A DNA stretch of 64,000 bases from Octopus sinensis (GCF_006345805.1 NC_043009.1:21700001-21764000), one strand, 5' to 3'; positions 25,330 through 39,307 are shown, counted from the first letter of the stretch. Translations and numbers: made by a program. The notes: generated from the letters alone by a model not told the origin.

Positions 25330-27318
25330 CTGAAGCAAAAATAAACCCAGTTTTCGTTTTTTCACCAAACAAGAAGTAAATTAGAATAATTTATGCAATA
25401 CTTATAAAACAGCGAGAATCCAAACAATAACCTTAAAGCATACTCTGTTGATGAAAAAAACTTGCAGTCAAATATTCAAGTTCGAATCTGCCAAAACATA
25501 TCGGTTTCAAATTTTGGCACAAGGCCAGCAATTTCAGGGGAGAGAGTAAGTCGATTGCATCAATTCCAGTACTTCACTGGTACTTCTTTTATCAATCCCA
25601 ACAGAATGAAAGGTAAAGTCAACCTCAGTGGAATTTGAACTCAGAATGTAAAGACGGACACAATGCCACAAAGCATTTTTACCTGGTGTGCTAACGATTC
25701 TCCCAGCTTGCAGCCTTAATAATGATAATAATAATGGTTTCAAATTTTGGACTAGACTAACGATTTTTAGGGGAGGGGATTAGTTGATTACATTGGCCCC
25801 AGTGCTCAGCTAGTATTTATTTTATCAATCTTGAGTGGATGAAAGGCAAAGTTGATCCCAGCAGAGTTTGAAGTCAGAACATAAAGATGGACAAAATGCC
25901 ACCAAGCATTTTTACCCAGTGAGCTAATGATTCTGCCAGAACATTTTAAGAATAAATAAATATGCTATTCTTTGGATTCTCACTGTTCTCTGTACACTTC
26001 ATGTATTATTATCCAAATGTCAGGCATCAATACACATTAGTAAATAATTTGTTGGCTGAATTCTATAAACAAGAGCATGTACTTTTGTTATCTCTATCAA
26101 TCATGCAGGATACCTTTAACCCATTTGTTACCATTTTTTTTTTTACTAAAACCTGTTTTTGTTTCAATTAATTGTGAAAATAATGAAGAATTTAGTAAAA
26201 TAACATTGTCATTATTAAACTGATGTTTGGAGCAAAAATTAACCTGGAATAATGTTGGAAGGTTTTAATTCAAATCACTTTTAAAAACAGGAAATTTGTA
26301 CAAGAACCTGAAGAGTCACACAATGCGTCTCTAAATTTCCTTATGCCAGTAAATTGAATGTGTTAGGAAGACACATCATCTAAAGCAGTAGTTCTCAATC
26401 AGGGTATATATGGCCCATGAGAGTCCATATAAAATTTTTTCAGGGTCCATGCAACAAAATAGTTAGAGATCCACGATAGTATTTTAAGGGCCCTTGAAAA
26501 AAATTTTGCTTTAGATGTATTTATTGGTATGAAACAGCTAGGTTTCATTCTCTAACATTTTACATTGTTAATGCATATAAAACAATGTTTGTGTGTGTGT
26601 GTGTGTGTGTAGTAGGGTTAATGTTTTAGTTAGGAAGAAGGAGCTGTGTCCTCCCCCTTTACCAACAACCTCCAAAAGCCTTCCATGTGGTGCATAAAAC
26701 CAATGTACTAGATGTTCATATTTAACAACTGTTTGTCAACAGATGCAAGTGAAACATGGATGAAGGTAGAATTCCAGTGGGATGATGCACTATAGAGGAA
26801 GGATTGAACATGGAGATTAGTGCCAGAATGCCTGGGAAGGGAAGACACAGTGTGGTTGAAAAAAGGAGGAAAGGTAAGTGTATTGGGTGGCCTTGGGTGG
26901 AAGTGTTACATTACCAGCTAGCACCAAGGAATGGAGGTCACTGTAGAATGAAAAGAGAAGACAGAATTAAGATAGATAAAATATGTTATAAACTTGTTTG
27001 TTACGTGAGCATTTTGAAATTTGACATATATTATCGCTTTTATCAGCAGTATATAAACAGGTCAGATCAAAAATGATTTGCTAATAGTAATGACATATAG
27101 CAATTATATCTGTTTCATAGCCAGGCTGTCAGCAACTAAACTGGAAATACCACTCCAGGGGTTTTATTATGATATGTGAAGGGTGAACGAACAATTTGAT
27201 AGGCCGAAAAACAATAGATGTCTGCAAAAGGGGAGGAACACATCAAGGAGTCACCATTCATCTACCATTCACAAAAGCCACAAATATAATGAAAGCAAAA
27301 ATTAAGTAACACAACTAC

Positions 27319-27389
27319 CTGAGATTTTTCTGTAAAGGTTCCACTTCAGCAACAATTGATTGTACTGACGTATAATATTGGTTCTTCAT
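27319..27389 (-). CDS. SCLT1: SCLT1-like exon (MKNQYYTSVQSIVAEVEPLQKNLr)
   Basis: ttcacag| and AG|gtagtt. 71 nt, phase 0 to 2. Confidence 0.85.
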
Positions 27390-29199
27390 CTGTGAAAACA
27401 TACAACAACAATCAATCAATCATTCTCTCAATCAACCAATTATTTGATCACTTAATCAATTAATCAATCAATCAATATTATAAAATGAACTGATTTCTTT
27501 TGAAGAGACACAAAGCCAATTTACATAAGGCATATATGGGAATATAGTTTACTGAGCTGAATCCAAAATTTTTTGGTGACTGACATACAGATTTTTTTAT
27601 GACACCTGCAAGAATATGAAGAAAATGCTGCAAGTAAGGGGTGTCTGCTGTCTGCTATCTTAACCAAACTGCCAAGAGTTGGTACCAGATTTTTGGGAAA
27701 AGATTTGTTCCCTACTGATATGAGCAAGAAAAGACAAGTAACAGCAGGAGTGACATCTTATTTATTTATGTAACCTTTTCAAGCCTAGCCAGGCTCATGG
27801 GCTCGGTTTCCTGGTTTCTATGGCGTATGTGTTCCCCCCAGCTGGACGGGATGCCAGTCCATCGCACCGTTACTCAAGAAACAGGAAGAAAGAGTGAGAG
27901 AAAGTTGGGGCAAAAGAGTACAACAGGAGTCACTACCACCCGCTGCCAGAGCCTTGTGGAGCTTTAGGTGTTTTTGCTTAATAAACACACACAATACCTG
28001 GTCTGGGAATCAAAACCGTGATCCTCCGACCGTGAGTCTGCTGCCCTAACCACTAGGCCAATGTGCCTCCACTAGGTATAAAAAATAAACAAATAAATTG
28101 GGGTATTTGTTTATTAACCCAAGTTTATAAACTGGGACAATAAACATAATATCCCAGTTTATTTATCTAAAACTGGGAAATTGTCAGGCTAAATGTCTCA
28201 ACCAAACAGAAAAGGCAAAATCATGAGATCAAATTAAATGCTCAAAGGTTTATCATAAGTTGTTAACAAGATTATAGTGATTGCCAGTAAGTGACAACCT
28301 ATAATTTTTATAATTGCATATGAGAAAGAGGGGTCACCATCTTGAGTGCAAGCAACAAGAAACTAAGAATTTGTAAGATGTTCGTAATAAGTCATAACAT
28401 ATTTATTACTGGATGTTATGTGTTAACATATAAGGTTAATTGAAGGAAAAGACTTGTAACATCACATGAATGTATTTTGCAACCACGTCTCAAAGCAAAT
28501 AAGGCAAACATCCGCGCATGCGGGTGTGTATGCGAGTGGCGTGACTCAATGAATGTCTAGGAATCAACAGGCAAGTGTGGAGTGAAATTAGAAATGTGTT
28601 CCTTTATATAAGGGATGAACCAGAAGTCCCTGACTTCCATGTCATCTGGAAGTTAATTGGAAGCTTCTAGAATGTTTGAGAATTTTCAAGAAGGTCGAGG
28701 GAGTTTACTCCCGTTAGATCCCTTTTTCGTTTTGCTTTCCTGCTTGACTGCCAGGGTTCACTACAAGATTAAATATTTTAGACTATTAACCTCATTTTCA
28801 GAGTTGAATAATAAAACATCTGCCTGGCTGGTGGATCTGCAGTGCATGGCAAGTTTTATAAGAGAAAGACCTATTGCAAATTAGTCTTCATACACAATAT
28901 GAAGGACCTGAATCCACTGGGAAGATAGCTTCAAATGACTGTTGAGCTCTTGACTGGAGTTCAGTACTACAATAGGTTCTCCTTTTTATTGCTTTCACCC
29001 AATCTGCCAGGATCAGCAGTTAAACTTCTCTTGAATTCAAGAGGAGTTTAACATAAGGATAATATAATCTTTGCTACACTATGTCTGTGAAAAAGCAGTA
29101 CTGTCAGCACTGGAAATGATTGGGACTGACCAGGGGCTAAACAGTAAGATTCACTTCAATACAAATAATGCTCTCCACTATAATGCAGTGTGGAGACAC

Positions 29200-29455
29200 A
29201 TGGCCTAATGGTTAGAGCAGCAGACTCGCGGTCGAGGGATCATGGGTTCGAATCTCAAACCAGGTGATGTGTGTGTTTATGAGCAAAACACCTAAGCTCC
29301 ATGCGGCTCCGGCAGAAGGTAATGGCGAACTTCTGCTGACTCTTTCGACACAACTTTCTCTCACTCTTTCCTCCTGCATCTTGCAGCTCACCTGCGATGG
29401 ACCGGCATCCCGTCCAGGTGGGGAACCTATACGCCAAGGAAACTGGCTCGAGAAG
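29200..29455 (+). mobile_element. tRNA-derived SINE family C/D. Related copies at about 1771..2103+, 5575..5815+, 13030..13352-, 13845..14122-, 20020..20402-, 27770..28075-, 32190..32552-
   Basis: Head catggcctaatggttagagcag...ggttcgaatc with A and B boxes. Confidence 0.78.
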
Positions 29456-30041
29456 GAACAAACAAACTATAATGCAACATTGTATATAAACCCCACACCC
29501 ATTTGAATGAGGCACTGACCTTAAACTATTCTTTCCACAAAGAGCTGTTAAACAAACACAGAGTTGCAGTTGTGTAATATATTCATCTTCTGGTGAGATG
29601 CCAGTGCTTGATGAACTTTATGTGAAATGGAAAGGGTTGTTGCACATCAGCCATCAAAGACAGTGCAAGGAACCTGAATTCTATTGGAAAGATAGCTCAA
29701 AATTACTGTGTGATTGTGGACTAGGGTTAAACACTACAATAGCTTCTCTTTCCATTGTTTCTCCAAACACAGAGGAGGAGATAAGGTCAGAACTATGAAT
29801 CAACAAAGAGCACATCAGTTTGATAGTACAACCACTAATTACAGTGATGAGTCATTCCTGCTCTGCAGAGCTTACATTCTTTCAAGTGGAATGAGTAATT
29901 TGAGAGTTATGTATTTTGGCCTGAGCAACCAGCCTTTCAGCTGACTGCTTGAGTAAACATGAAAATTGGCTTTCAGGAAGGTGGGAGGGAAAAATAAGTT
30001 GTGGTAAGTCAAACTGCAGATATGATGTTTATGTAACATAC

Positions 30042-30092
30042 CCGGTTGGTCTGCTTCTCAAGATCATCCCATGGCTGGTTGCTTTTCAAATT
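30042..30092 (-). CDS. SCLT1: SCLT1-like exon 8 (NLKSNQPWDDLEKQTNR)
   Basis: ttctgcag| and |gtatgt. 51 nt, phase 0 to 0, same length as the matching human segment. Confidence 0.75.
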
Positions 30093-30307
30093 CTGCAGAA
30101 GAAATGGAATTTAGATAAATATTACAATTTTATAATCAAGTAAAAATACATGAAAATATATAAAACATACGTTGATGATTTGATTATGTGTGTGTGTATG
30201 TATGTGTGTGTGTGTCTGTGTGTGTGTATTATAATGATAATATGAGGGAATATTATTCCAAACTTACAGGGAAAAATTCAATTTAGAAATACAAAATCAA
30301 ATTTCAC

Positions 30308-30360
<53 letters not shown>

Positions 30361-30370
30361 CTTGTGACAC

Positions 30371-30903
30371 TTGTGAAGACCTGTTGAGGCAAGTGAAAAT
30401 CAAAAAATCAAAAAATCAAAACAAATCAAAATAGATGAACATCAATGGAATTTGTATCTTTGTGGTACCAGTGCCGGTGGCACACAAGAAAACCATCCGA
30501 ACGTGGCCGTAGCCAGTACCGCATCGACTGGCCTCCGTGCTGTGGGCACGTAACAAACACCATCCGATCGTGGCCGTTCGCCAGCCTCATCTGGCACCTA
30601 TGTTGGTGGCACATAAAAACACCATCCGAGCGTGGCCGTCTGCCAGCCTCGTCTGGCACCTGTGTCGGTGGCACATAAAAAACACCATCCGAGCGTGGCC
30701 GTTCGCCAGCCTCATCTGGCACTTGTGTCGGTGGCACATAAAATCACCCACTACACTCTCGGAGTGGTTGGCGTTAGGAAGGGCATCCAGCTGTAGAAAC
30801 ACTGCCAGATCTGACTGGCCTGGTGCAGCCTTCAGGCTCCCCAGACCCCAGTTGAACCATCCAACCCATGCTAGCATGGAAAGCGGACGTTAAATGATGA
30901 TGA

Positions 30904-30907
<4 letters not shown>
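30371..30907 (+). mobile_element. RTE 3'-UTR-derived repeat with ~62-bp tandem units. Related tails at about 2200..2400-, 4069..4385-, 24090..24260+, 37170..37890-
   Basis: Shares aagacctgttgaggcaag and the gaagggcatccagctgtagaaac...ggacgttaaa(tga)n end with 18380..18838. Confidence 0.8.
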
Positions 30908-30950
<43 letters not shown>

Positions 30951-30953
30951 ATA

Positions 30954-31226
30954 AAAAAAACCCCACCTTTTATCAATTCAATAATGAAAAATTAAATTAT
31001 ACCATTTAGAAAAATTACATCTTATAGAAAGATTAAATATAAGATAAAACATATAACAATGATTAAGTAATGTGCTTACTTAATCATTGTTATATGTTTT
31101 ATCTTATATTTAATCTTTCTATAAGATGTAATTTTTCTAAATGGTATAATTTAATTTTTCATTATTGAATTGATAAAAGGTGGGTTTTTTTCTAATTTTC
31201 GAGCTAAAACATTTTTAAGGATTTAA

Positions 31227-31229
<3 letters not shown>
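30954..31229. repeat. Near-perfect AT-rich palindrome (arms ~116 bp, 5-nt loop) with a one-sided tail, in (TA)n
   Basis: Arms 30954..31070 and 31076..31191, loop tgtgc. Confidence 0.85.
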
Positions 31230-31285
<56 letters not shown>

Positions 31286-31796
31286 CTGTGTGCATGCGTG
31301 CGTGTGTGTGTGTGTATTACGTGATATGATATTAGGACCACACCATTTGATCCATGTTTTCATTAGTCAATTTTGGTCACATGATGATGTTTAAGGTAGA
31401 GGATTGGAATAAGAAGAGTAAGATTTAGCAAGCTGTTAACAGTGGTGTATGAGCATTCATGTGGGTTTGTGTGTGTGTGTGTTTATTGTGAGTGCATGTA
31501 TGTATGATTTTCTCTGTAAAAATGGCCCATGTATTTGTCATTCATGTTGGGTGATGGATATTGTTACTATAAATATTCAATGTGCTATCTCCAAAATCAA
31601 AGTAGACAGCACCTACCCAGACTAAAACTACAAACACTAAAATATTAAACTTAAATGATTTCCATTCCAGTATAAAAATGCTACGTAGATATCATATTAA
31701 TCTTTTATAAAAGTTAATATATAAAATGTATTTTCTAAATCAATAAAAGACTTAATATATTGATTTATTAAACAAATCAATACAATAAATTTCAAC

Positions 31797-31868
31797 CTGT
31801 AAATCTGATGTTAACTGCTTCACTTGAGACATAGCTTCTTGGTACATTTCTGTCACAGTTTCTTTTTC
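31797..31868 (-). CDS. SCLT1: SCLT1-like exon 7 (EKETVTEMYQEAMSQVKQLTSDLQ)
   Basis: tttttcag| and |gttgaa, 72 nt. Resembles human EKTQAVELWQTVSQELDRLHKLYQ. Confidence 0.87.
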
Positions 31869-33273
31869 CTGAAAAACAACAACAAAAACAAGATGTGAAA
31901 GCACTCTGACTGCATCATTATTATCACCATCATCATTGTCGTCATCAATTGCTAATGTCAAATTTCCCATGCTTGCATAGATCAGATGAATAATGTCAAG
32001 GCATATTTTCTATGGCTGGATGCACTTCCTGTTGTCAACCCTCGTCTGTTTCCAAGCAAGGAAATATTTCTTCATGGGTAGACATGTCTTTCAAGGAAGA
32101 TTGGAAACTAACAACACCTGTATGACAGTGATATGCATTTGCATCTATCACATGGTGTCAAAAGAAGGAGATACAGATACACATATCTCCATGTTGTTGG
32201 CACTTTGTCGGTTATGATGATGAGGGTTCCAGCCTGCTCGTGAAATTAACATGCAAGTGGCTGAGCACTCCACAGACACATGTACCCTTAACATAGTTCT
32301 CGGGGAGATTCAGCGTGACACAGAGTGTGACAAGGTTGGCCCCTTGAAATACAGGTACAGCAGAAACAGAAAGAAAGAGAGAAAGTTGTGGTGAAAGGGT
32401 ACAGCAGGGATCGCCACCACCCCCTGCCAGAGCCTCGTGGAGCTTTTAGGTGTTTTTACTCAATAAACACTCACAACGCCCGGTCTGGGAATCAAAACCG
32501 CGATCCTACAACCGCGAGTCCGCTACCCTAACCACTGGGCCATTGCACCTCCACATCTCCATGCACACACCCACATATACATGCATACACACACACATAT
32601 ATACATGCAGTAGTCTCCTTTGCATTTCTGTCTACCAAATTCATTCACAAGGCTTTGGTTGGTCCAGCCCTATTGTTGGTCTTTTGCTTAGTGGACAATT
32701 TAAACTAAAACACTATTTTTCACTGAGACAGTGTTAATGAGAGCACACAAAATCAGCATTCCTAGATATGCATGTGCACACACACACACACACAAACACA
32801 TGATGGATCTTCTCAGTCCCCATCAACCACTTCCACTCACAAATCATAGATTAGTCAAAGACTACAGAAGAAGACCCCTGCCCAAGGTGCCACACATAAT
32901 AAAATAAAATCCATTCTGGATTCATATTGCATACTTTTTGCCAGCTTTATCGTGAATAATGTTGCATCTTGGGAGGGTCATTATGCCAATAATAAACACA
33001 CACTGATTCTAATTCACTTTTTATTATTATTTGTTTGTCAACAGATTATTTAACCAATTAATTAATTGATTGTTTGATAAATCATTCAATCAAACAATCA
33101 ATCAGCTAGGTTTATCAAAGTCTGTTTATGCCACTTGCAACTTTATCAATGTCATACACTCTCTACCCAGGTCTGCTTCAGGCTTGTCTGAAAATAATTT
33201 ATAATTAAAAAAACACACACACACACACAAACAACAACAAAAAGAAAAAAAAAAGAGAAGAACCTCCAATTAC

Positions 33274-33400
33274 CTTTGTAAGCAATGCTATCTGTTTCCT
33301 AAAATTCTCAACTGTTTTCTGATCAGAGTCTGTTTCTTTGATGATTTCAGGTAAAGCATCAGCTTCCAATTCTAAAGTTTCTTTTAAAAGTTTCCTCAAA
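33274..33400 (-). CDS. SCLT1: SCLT1-like exon 6 (LRKLLKETLELEADALPEIIKETDSDQKTVENFRKQIALLTK)
   Basis: Lies inside ORF 33205..33399. Acceptor taaag|, donor |gtaatt, phase 2 to 0. Confidence 0.87.
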
Positions 33401-34459
33401 CTTTAAAATGACCAAATCAAAAATCAATAATTGTAAATTATTGCAAAGATATTACATTATAAAAGTTAAAAAAAAAACACAAACAAAAAAAAGAGACTCT
33501 ACTTACTTTTCTTTCTTTTCTTTATTTAACTTTCTTTCAAATAACATGTACATCATATATTTCACAAAAATAAGGCAGCCTGCTGGTAGAATTATTAGCA
33601 CACACAAAATGCTCTATGGCATGTTTTCTGGCTTTATGTTTTGAGTTCAAATTTTACCTTGGTCACCATTGCTTAAGAGTGGCTGTGTGGTAAGTAGCTT
33701 GCTTACGAACCACATGGTTCCAGGTTCAGTTCCACTGCGTGGATCCTTGGGCAAGTGTCTTCTACTATAGCCTCGGGCCAACCAAACCCATGTGAGTGGA
33801 TTTGGTAGACGGAAACTGAAAGAAGTCCGTCGTATGTATGTATGTATGTATGTGCGTGTGTGTGTGCGCGCACGCGCGCGTGTGTATATGCTTCTGTGTT
33901 TGTGTTTGTCCCCCCAACATCGTTTGACAACCGATGCTGGTGTGTTTACGTCCCCATAACTTAGCGGTTTGGCAAAAGAGACCAATAGAATAAGTACTAC
34001 TCTTACACACCAGACAAACTGCTTAGTGGCATTTCTTCCCAGCTCCTTACATTCTGAGTTCAAACTCTACCAAGGTCAACTTTGCCTTTCATCCTCTCTC
34101 TGTTGCCCCATTTCTTCAAAACTGCTGGCCTTGTGCCAAGATTAGAAAGAATTATTATTATTAGGGAAGTGAGCAGACAGAATCATTAGCACACCAGACA
34201 AAATGCTTAGTGGTGTTCCTTCTGGTTCTTTATGTTCTGAGTTCAAATTCCACTAAAGTCGACTTTGCCTTTCAGCCTCTTGGAATTGATGAAATAAGTT
34301 TGAGTCAAGTATTGGGATCAATATAAGAGACTGACAACATTCCCTCAAAATTGCTGGCCTTGTGCCAAAATTACAAACAGTATTTTAAGCCTTTCCTCTT
34401 GTGTACACACTTCATATTGCCTTTACAAAGTACCACCATCATAACAGTGAGGATTTTTT

Positions 34460-34840
34460 GGTAGAATTCTGATTTAAACATCTCATATAACCCCTTATAA
34501 CTCTTTTACTTATTGTAATTTTCAGAAAGTTTTTGAAAATGTGTGTTCTACACACAGGTATTCATTTGATAATGAAAAGAAAAAAATTTTTCTTTAATTT
34601 TTTAACCTACCCTCTCATAAATTCTAAAAGTTCTACAAACGAAATAAGGTATGTTTTAGGTGGTCATGAGATGTGCCAAAAATAGCAGCTAAATTGTTCT
34701 TAAATCACATATAAAACCTTTTTCTCATAACCGTGTGAATTCCCATTTATAGGACACAAATTCAGGAAAATTTTCTGAAAATTCCAAAAAATGAAAAAAT
34801 TATGAGGGTTATATGGGGTGCTTTAACCAGAATTTCATTG
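34460..34840. mobile_element. Old MITE with degenerate ~90-bp inverted ends
   Basis: gaattctgatttaaacatctcatataacccc... pairs with ...gggttatatggggtgctttaaccagaattt. Confidence 0.55.
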
Positions 34841-34924
34841 GCTTATTTTCATCAAATCAGACCATATTATTACATCAAAGCATTGTTTTATTATTGCAAT
34901 TAGTAACTTCATAACATAACTTAC

Positions 34925-34989
34925 TCATCATTTTCTTTTAAAACTTTTTGTAGGTCCTCTTTTAGTGATTTAAACTCTTCAGAGGAATG
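34925..34989 (-). CDS. SCLT1: SCLT1-like exon 5 (HSSEEFKSLKEDLQKVLKENDd)
   Basis: ttttcag| and |gtaagt, phase 0 to 2. KVLKEN resembles human NVIKENER. Confidence 0.87.
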
Positions 34990-36705
34990 CTGAAAATGAA
35001 GTAAAATAAAAATGCAAGAAATAATTTCAGAAAAAAATAACAGCTGAATAAATCATATCGCACCAAGGATAAAGTAACCTTTGTGTAGCCCAATAGTTCT
35101 TAACCATTTATTTATTTTTATTTTTTTTGCAGCACCCCTTTTTAAGTAGTTCTTATGCCTAGTGCCTATCTAGGTGGCAAGTGAGGTATCATAACTAAAT
35201 GAACTTAACATGGATGATAATTTAAAATTTTACTCTAAAAATGGATTGTATAAGCTTTTAACAGTGAAATAATAAAATATTTATAAAGACAAGAGCTGTA
35301 AATTAGCTTTATACATTGCAGGTTAATGACTTCCCTGTGCTTGATGAGATCTGGCTAAATTTTCTATATCAGGCCCAATGTTATTCAAAAGAAATTTATT
35401 TCATTGATAGTCAGCAATTGCAACACCGCAATTATGTGTCATGTATAATATAATTACTACAATAGGTATAATTTGGTATGCTATGTTATCTCACTGCCCA
35501 CTTTCAACATGCCCAACGCTGCCTTTGGGAGTGGTAACACTCATGTAGAGAACTTCTGGTGTGGTCCATCATTACTCAAAAAGACCATTTGAGTCTAGTA
35601 TTTAAACCCTTCAGTCACTTTGTCTAATGTATTGGACAATTTTTCAGTATAAATTAAAAAAGAAATAAAAATTATAATTGAGTCACAGTTACCAATTCAC
35701 TGGACACCTCTAAAATGTAAGACCATATGATTCTGACTCAGTGTTTGCTCACAAGTCATAGAGGGTGGCTGCATCTACTCATAAATCTCAGAGATGTAAG
35801 TAAATTGGTATTTTTTTACCAAGTGTTAGTAAAATTTTTATTTATCCATGACAAAAATTAAGCATATTGAAAACTGAATTCTTTAAAAATTCATCCAATA
35901 TGTGTTATTTACCTGTATTTTGGTGTAAATAAAAAATTAAAATTAAAAAATAGTTTTACTTTTTTATCTGTGACTGGAGGAGTTAAAGCTAATGAAACGC
36001 TCATTAAATGTTTTCAAAATGGTGCTCCAGTATGGCCACAATCTGATGACTGAAACAAAAAAAAAGAATAACAGAATAACCCTTTTGCTTGTTGGAGGAT
36101 GATCACACTAAAGTCAGGACTTGAGCTTCTCCAACCCACAAACAGGTAGCAGATATTTTGATGCAGCAGTTGGGCTATCAAGTGTGCTTGCGACAAGGAA
36201 ATATGGCCACCTCTGTTGATTCCATGTGCATGAGGGCACACAGAAAGTGTTGTATAGGTGGGAGAAGTTACAAATCTCCATTTACCTATGCAACTCCATC
36301 CACCATTTTATTTTTTTATCTTTTACTTGTTTCAGCATTAGACTGTGGCCATGCTGGGACACTGCTTTGAGGAATTTTTAGTTGAATGAATCAACCCCAG
36401 TACTTTTTTCCTTTTTTTAAGCCTGGTACTTATTCTATTGGTCACTTTTGCCAAACTGCTAAGTTATGGAGACATAAATACACCAACACTGGCTGTTAAG
36501 CAGTGGTGTGACAAATCCATGCCAATGACACAACAACAACAACAATAGGCATAGGAGTGGCTGTGTGGTAAGTAACTTGCTTACGAACCACATGGTTCCA
36601 TGTTCAGTCCCACTGCACAGCACCTTGGGCAAGTGTCTTCTACTATAGCCTCAGGCCGACAAAGCTTTGTGAGTGGATTTGGTAGGCAGAAAAAGAAAGA
36701 AGCCC

Positions 36706-36748
<43 letters not shown>

Positions 36749-36997
36749 ATATATATGTATATATGTATGTATGTATGTGTGTCTGTGTTTGTCCCCCCAA
36801 CATCGTTTGACAACCGATGTTGGTGTGTTTTCGTCCCCGTAACTTAGCAGTTCGGCAAAAGAGACCGATAGAATAAGTACTAGGCTTACAAAGAATAAGT
36901 CCTGGGGTTGATTTGCTCGACTAAAAGTGGTGCTCCAGCATGGCCACAGTCAAATGACTGAAACAAGTAAAAGAGTAAAGAGTAACAAAACACTTAC

Positions 36998-37061
36998 CTT
37001 CAGCTGCTCTTCTAATGTCTGGTTGACATAATCATATTCAGTAAGCAATGGCGTCAATATC
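36998..37061 (-). CDS. SCLT1: SCLT1-like exon 4 (ILTPLLTEYDYVNQTLEEQLK)
   Basis: ccag| and |gtaagt. Matches the recalled human FLAPLVTEYDKHLGELNGQLK. Confidence 0.9.
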
Positions 37062-39307
37062 CTGGACAGAAAAGATAAGAAGAAATTCTTACATTGGCAC
37101 ACAAAATTCAGGATTTATAAAAAAGAGAGTGATACAGAAAAGGTGAGATTATGTGATGTTCATGTCAGCTGAAGATCATCATCATCATCATTTAACATCC
37201 ATTTTACATGCTAGCATGGGTTGGACGGTTCGACCGGGGTCTGGGAAGCCAGGAGGCTGTGCCAGGCTCCAGTCTGATCTGGCAGTGTTTCTACAGCTAG
37301 ATGCCCTTCCTAACGCCAACCACTCTGTGAGTGTAGTGGGTTCTTTTTACATGCCAGTGGCACAGGGGCCAGAGGAGGCTGACAGACAGCCATGATCGGT
37401 TGGTGCTTTTTACGTGTCACCAACACGGACGCCAGTCAGGCGGCGCTGGCATTGGCCACGTTCGGATGGTGCTTTTTACGTACCACTGGCACGGGTATCA
37501 CAACTACAATTTCCATTTGATGTTGATGTTGATGTACTTGACTCAATAGGTCTCCTCAAGCACAGCAGGTCACCCTACGATCCAAGGTTAGCACAGCAGG
37601 CCATCCTGCGAGCCATGAACTCACTTCATTTGTCAGGTCTTCACAGTTACAGCATATCTCAGAGGTCTTAGTCTTTCGTCATTGCCTCTGTGAGGCCCAA
37701 CGTGCCACCAGCATGGGTATTACAACTACAATATCCATTTGATTTTTATTTTGATGTTGATGTTGATGTACTTGACTCAATAGGTCTCTCAAGCACAACA
37801 GGTCACCCTACGATCCAAGGTTAGCACAGCAGACCATCCTGTGAGCCATGAACTCACTTCATTGTTGGATCTTCACAGTCACAGCATATCTCCAGATCAA
37901 GAGTAATATGTTCAAATAGCTTCCTCCAATCATTTTATTTTATGGCATATATATGGACTGAAGGCTGGCAGGTACTGCTAGCAGTAAAAGTTGGTATGCT
38001 CACATTTGTGCTATGAATAGTGAAGTAGGACTTCTTGGTTAAATAAAAGGATTCAATTTTTGGCAATTATTTCTCATTGCAACAGTGCATGTTTTGGTTT
38101 AGCCCCAGGTCAACCCTGACTAAGCAGATCTATGATTTGAGCCATTCCATCCATGATGCTCCGTTTTTTTTCTTTTTTTTTACAGACTTGTCCTTCCATT
38201 TTTTTTAAGACAGCATATGGTATGAGTTCATTACATGATCCAACCCTCAATGCCCCTGAGAGCTATGCAAGCAGAGCACAAGCTCCTGATAGGTCCACCC
38301 AAACTGGACAGGTCAAAGGACAGAGACCAGACTAAGTAGTAGTAGTAGTCGTCTTCATCGTCATCTTCTTCTTCTTCTCCTTCGCCTCCTCCTCCTTCTT
38401 CAGGCGGCAAGCTGGTAGAATCATTAGCATGCTGGGCAAAATACTTAGAGACATTTCATCCACTTCATCTTTGTTCAAATCCTGCTGAGGTAGACTTAGC
38501 CTTTCATCCTTTTCGTGGTTGATAAAATAAGTACCAGTTGTGTACAGGGGTTGATATCCCCCTTCCCCAAATTTCAGGCCTTGTGCCAGTAGTAGAAAGG
38601 ATTGTTGTTGTTGTTGTTGTTATTATTATTACATCTTTTTGTCCAAGCTGGCATGAGTTGGACAGATCCTCACACTCTGAATCAGTGCTTATTTGGAGTT
38701 ACTGCCCTCCTAGATGAATCAGAGGACCACATCTCACTTGCAAATCTCATAATTTTAGCATGGTTTGTAATAAAGATTGTTTGCCAACATAACATGGCAG
38801 TCCTGGTTTAGTACTAATGTTGCTGTAAGTTAGCCCCAGGAGACATTGTCTCCAGCTGGCTATACGACACGATCTGTGTCCTTACATTTTCGAACAAGGG
38901 AATCTAGCACCCCAACTCAGCTCAAAACAATATCTGTGTATCGTGATTCCTGGGTTATTTCCCTTCAACCGCACAGATGTGAGATTTAAAAATAGTAATT
39001 TTCTGGTTTGTAATAATTCTAATGCTGGATGTCCTTCTTAACACCAACCATTTTACAGAGTGTACTGTATGTATTTTTATCTGTGACACCAATACTAGAG
39101 AAGTTACCATACCCTCAGCAAGACTAAAGAGTCTCCTGAATCCTATAGCGTTTCAGCTAAGTTCAACAACCACTTTTATAGAATACCTCTGGTATTAAAA
39201 TGAGTAACCACCCCAGTACAAAAAACAGTGACTGATTTTTGATTGGAAATCACAGTCTAACAGATTTAAACAGAAACGTGATAAATTGTCGAAATATATT
39301 TTTTTAC

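Noticed and set aside
30470-30750. Regular ~62-bp repeats resembling a CRISPR array
   Set aside because: Whole units repeat with no unique spacers, the context is eukaryotic, and the units belong to an RTE 3' UTR.
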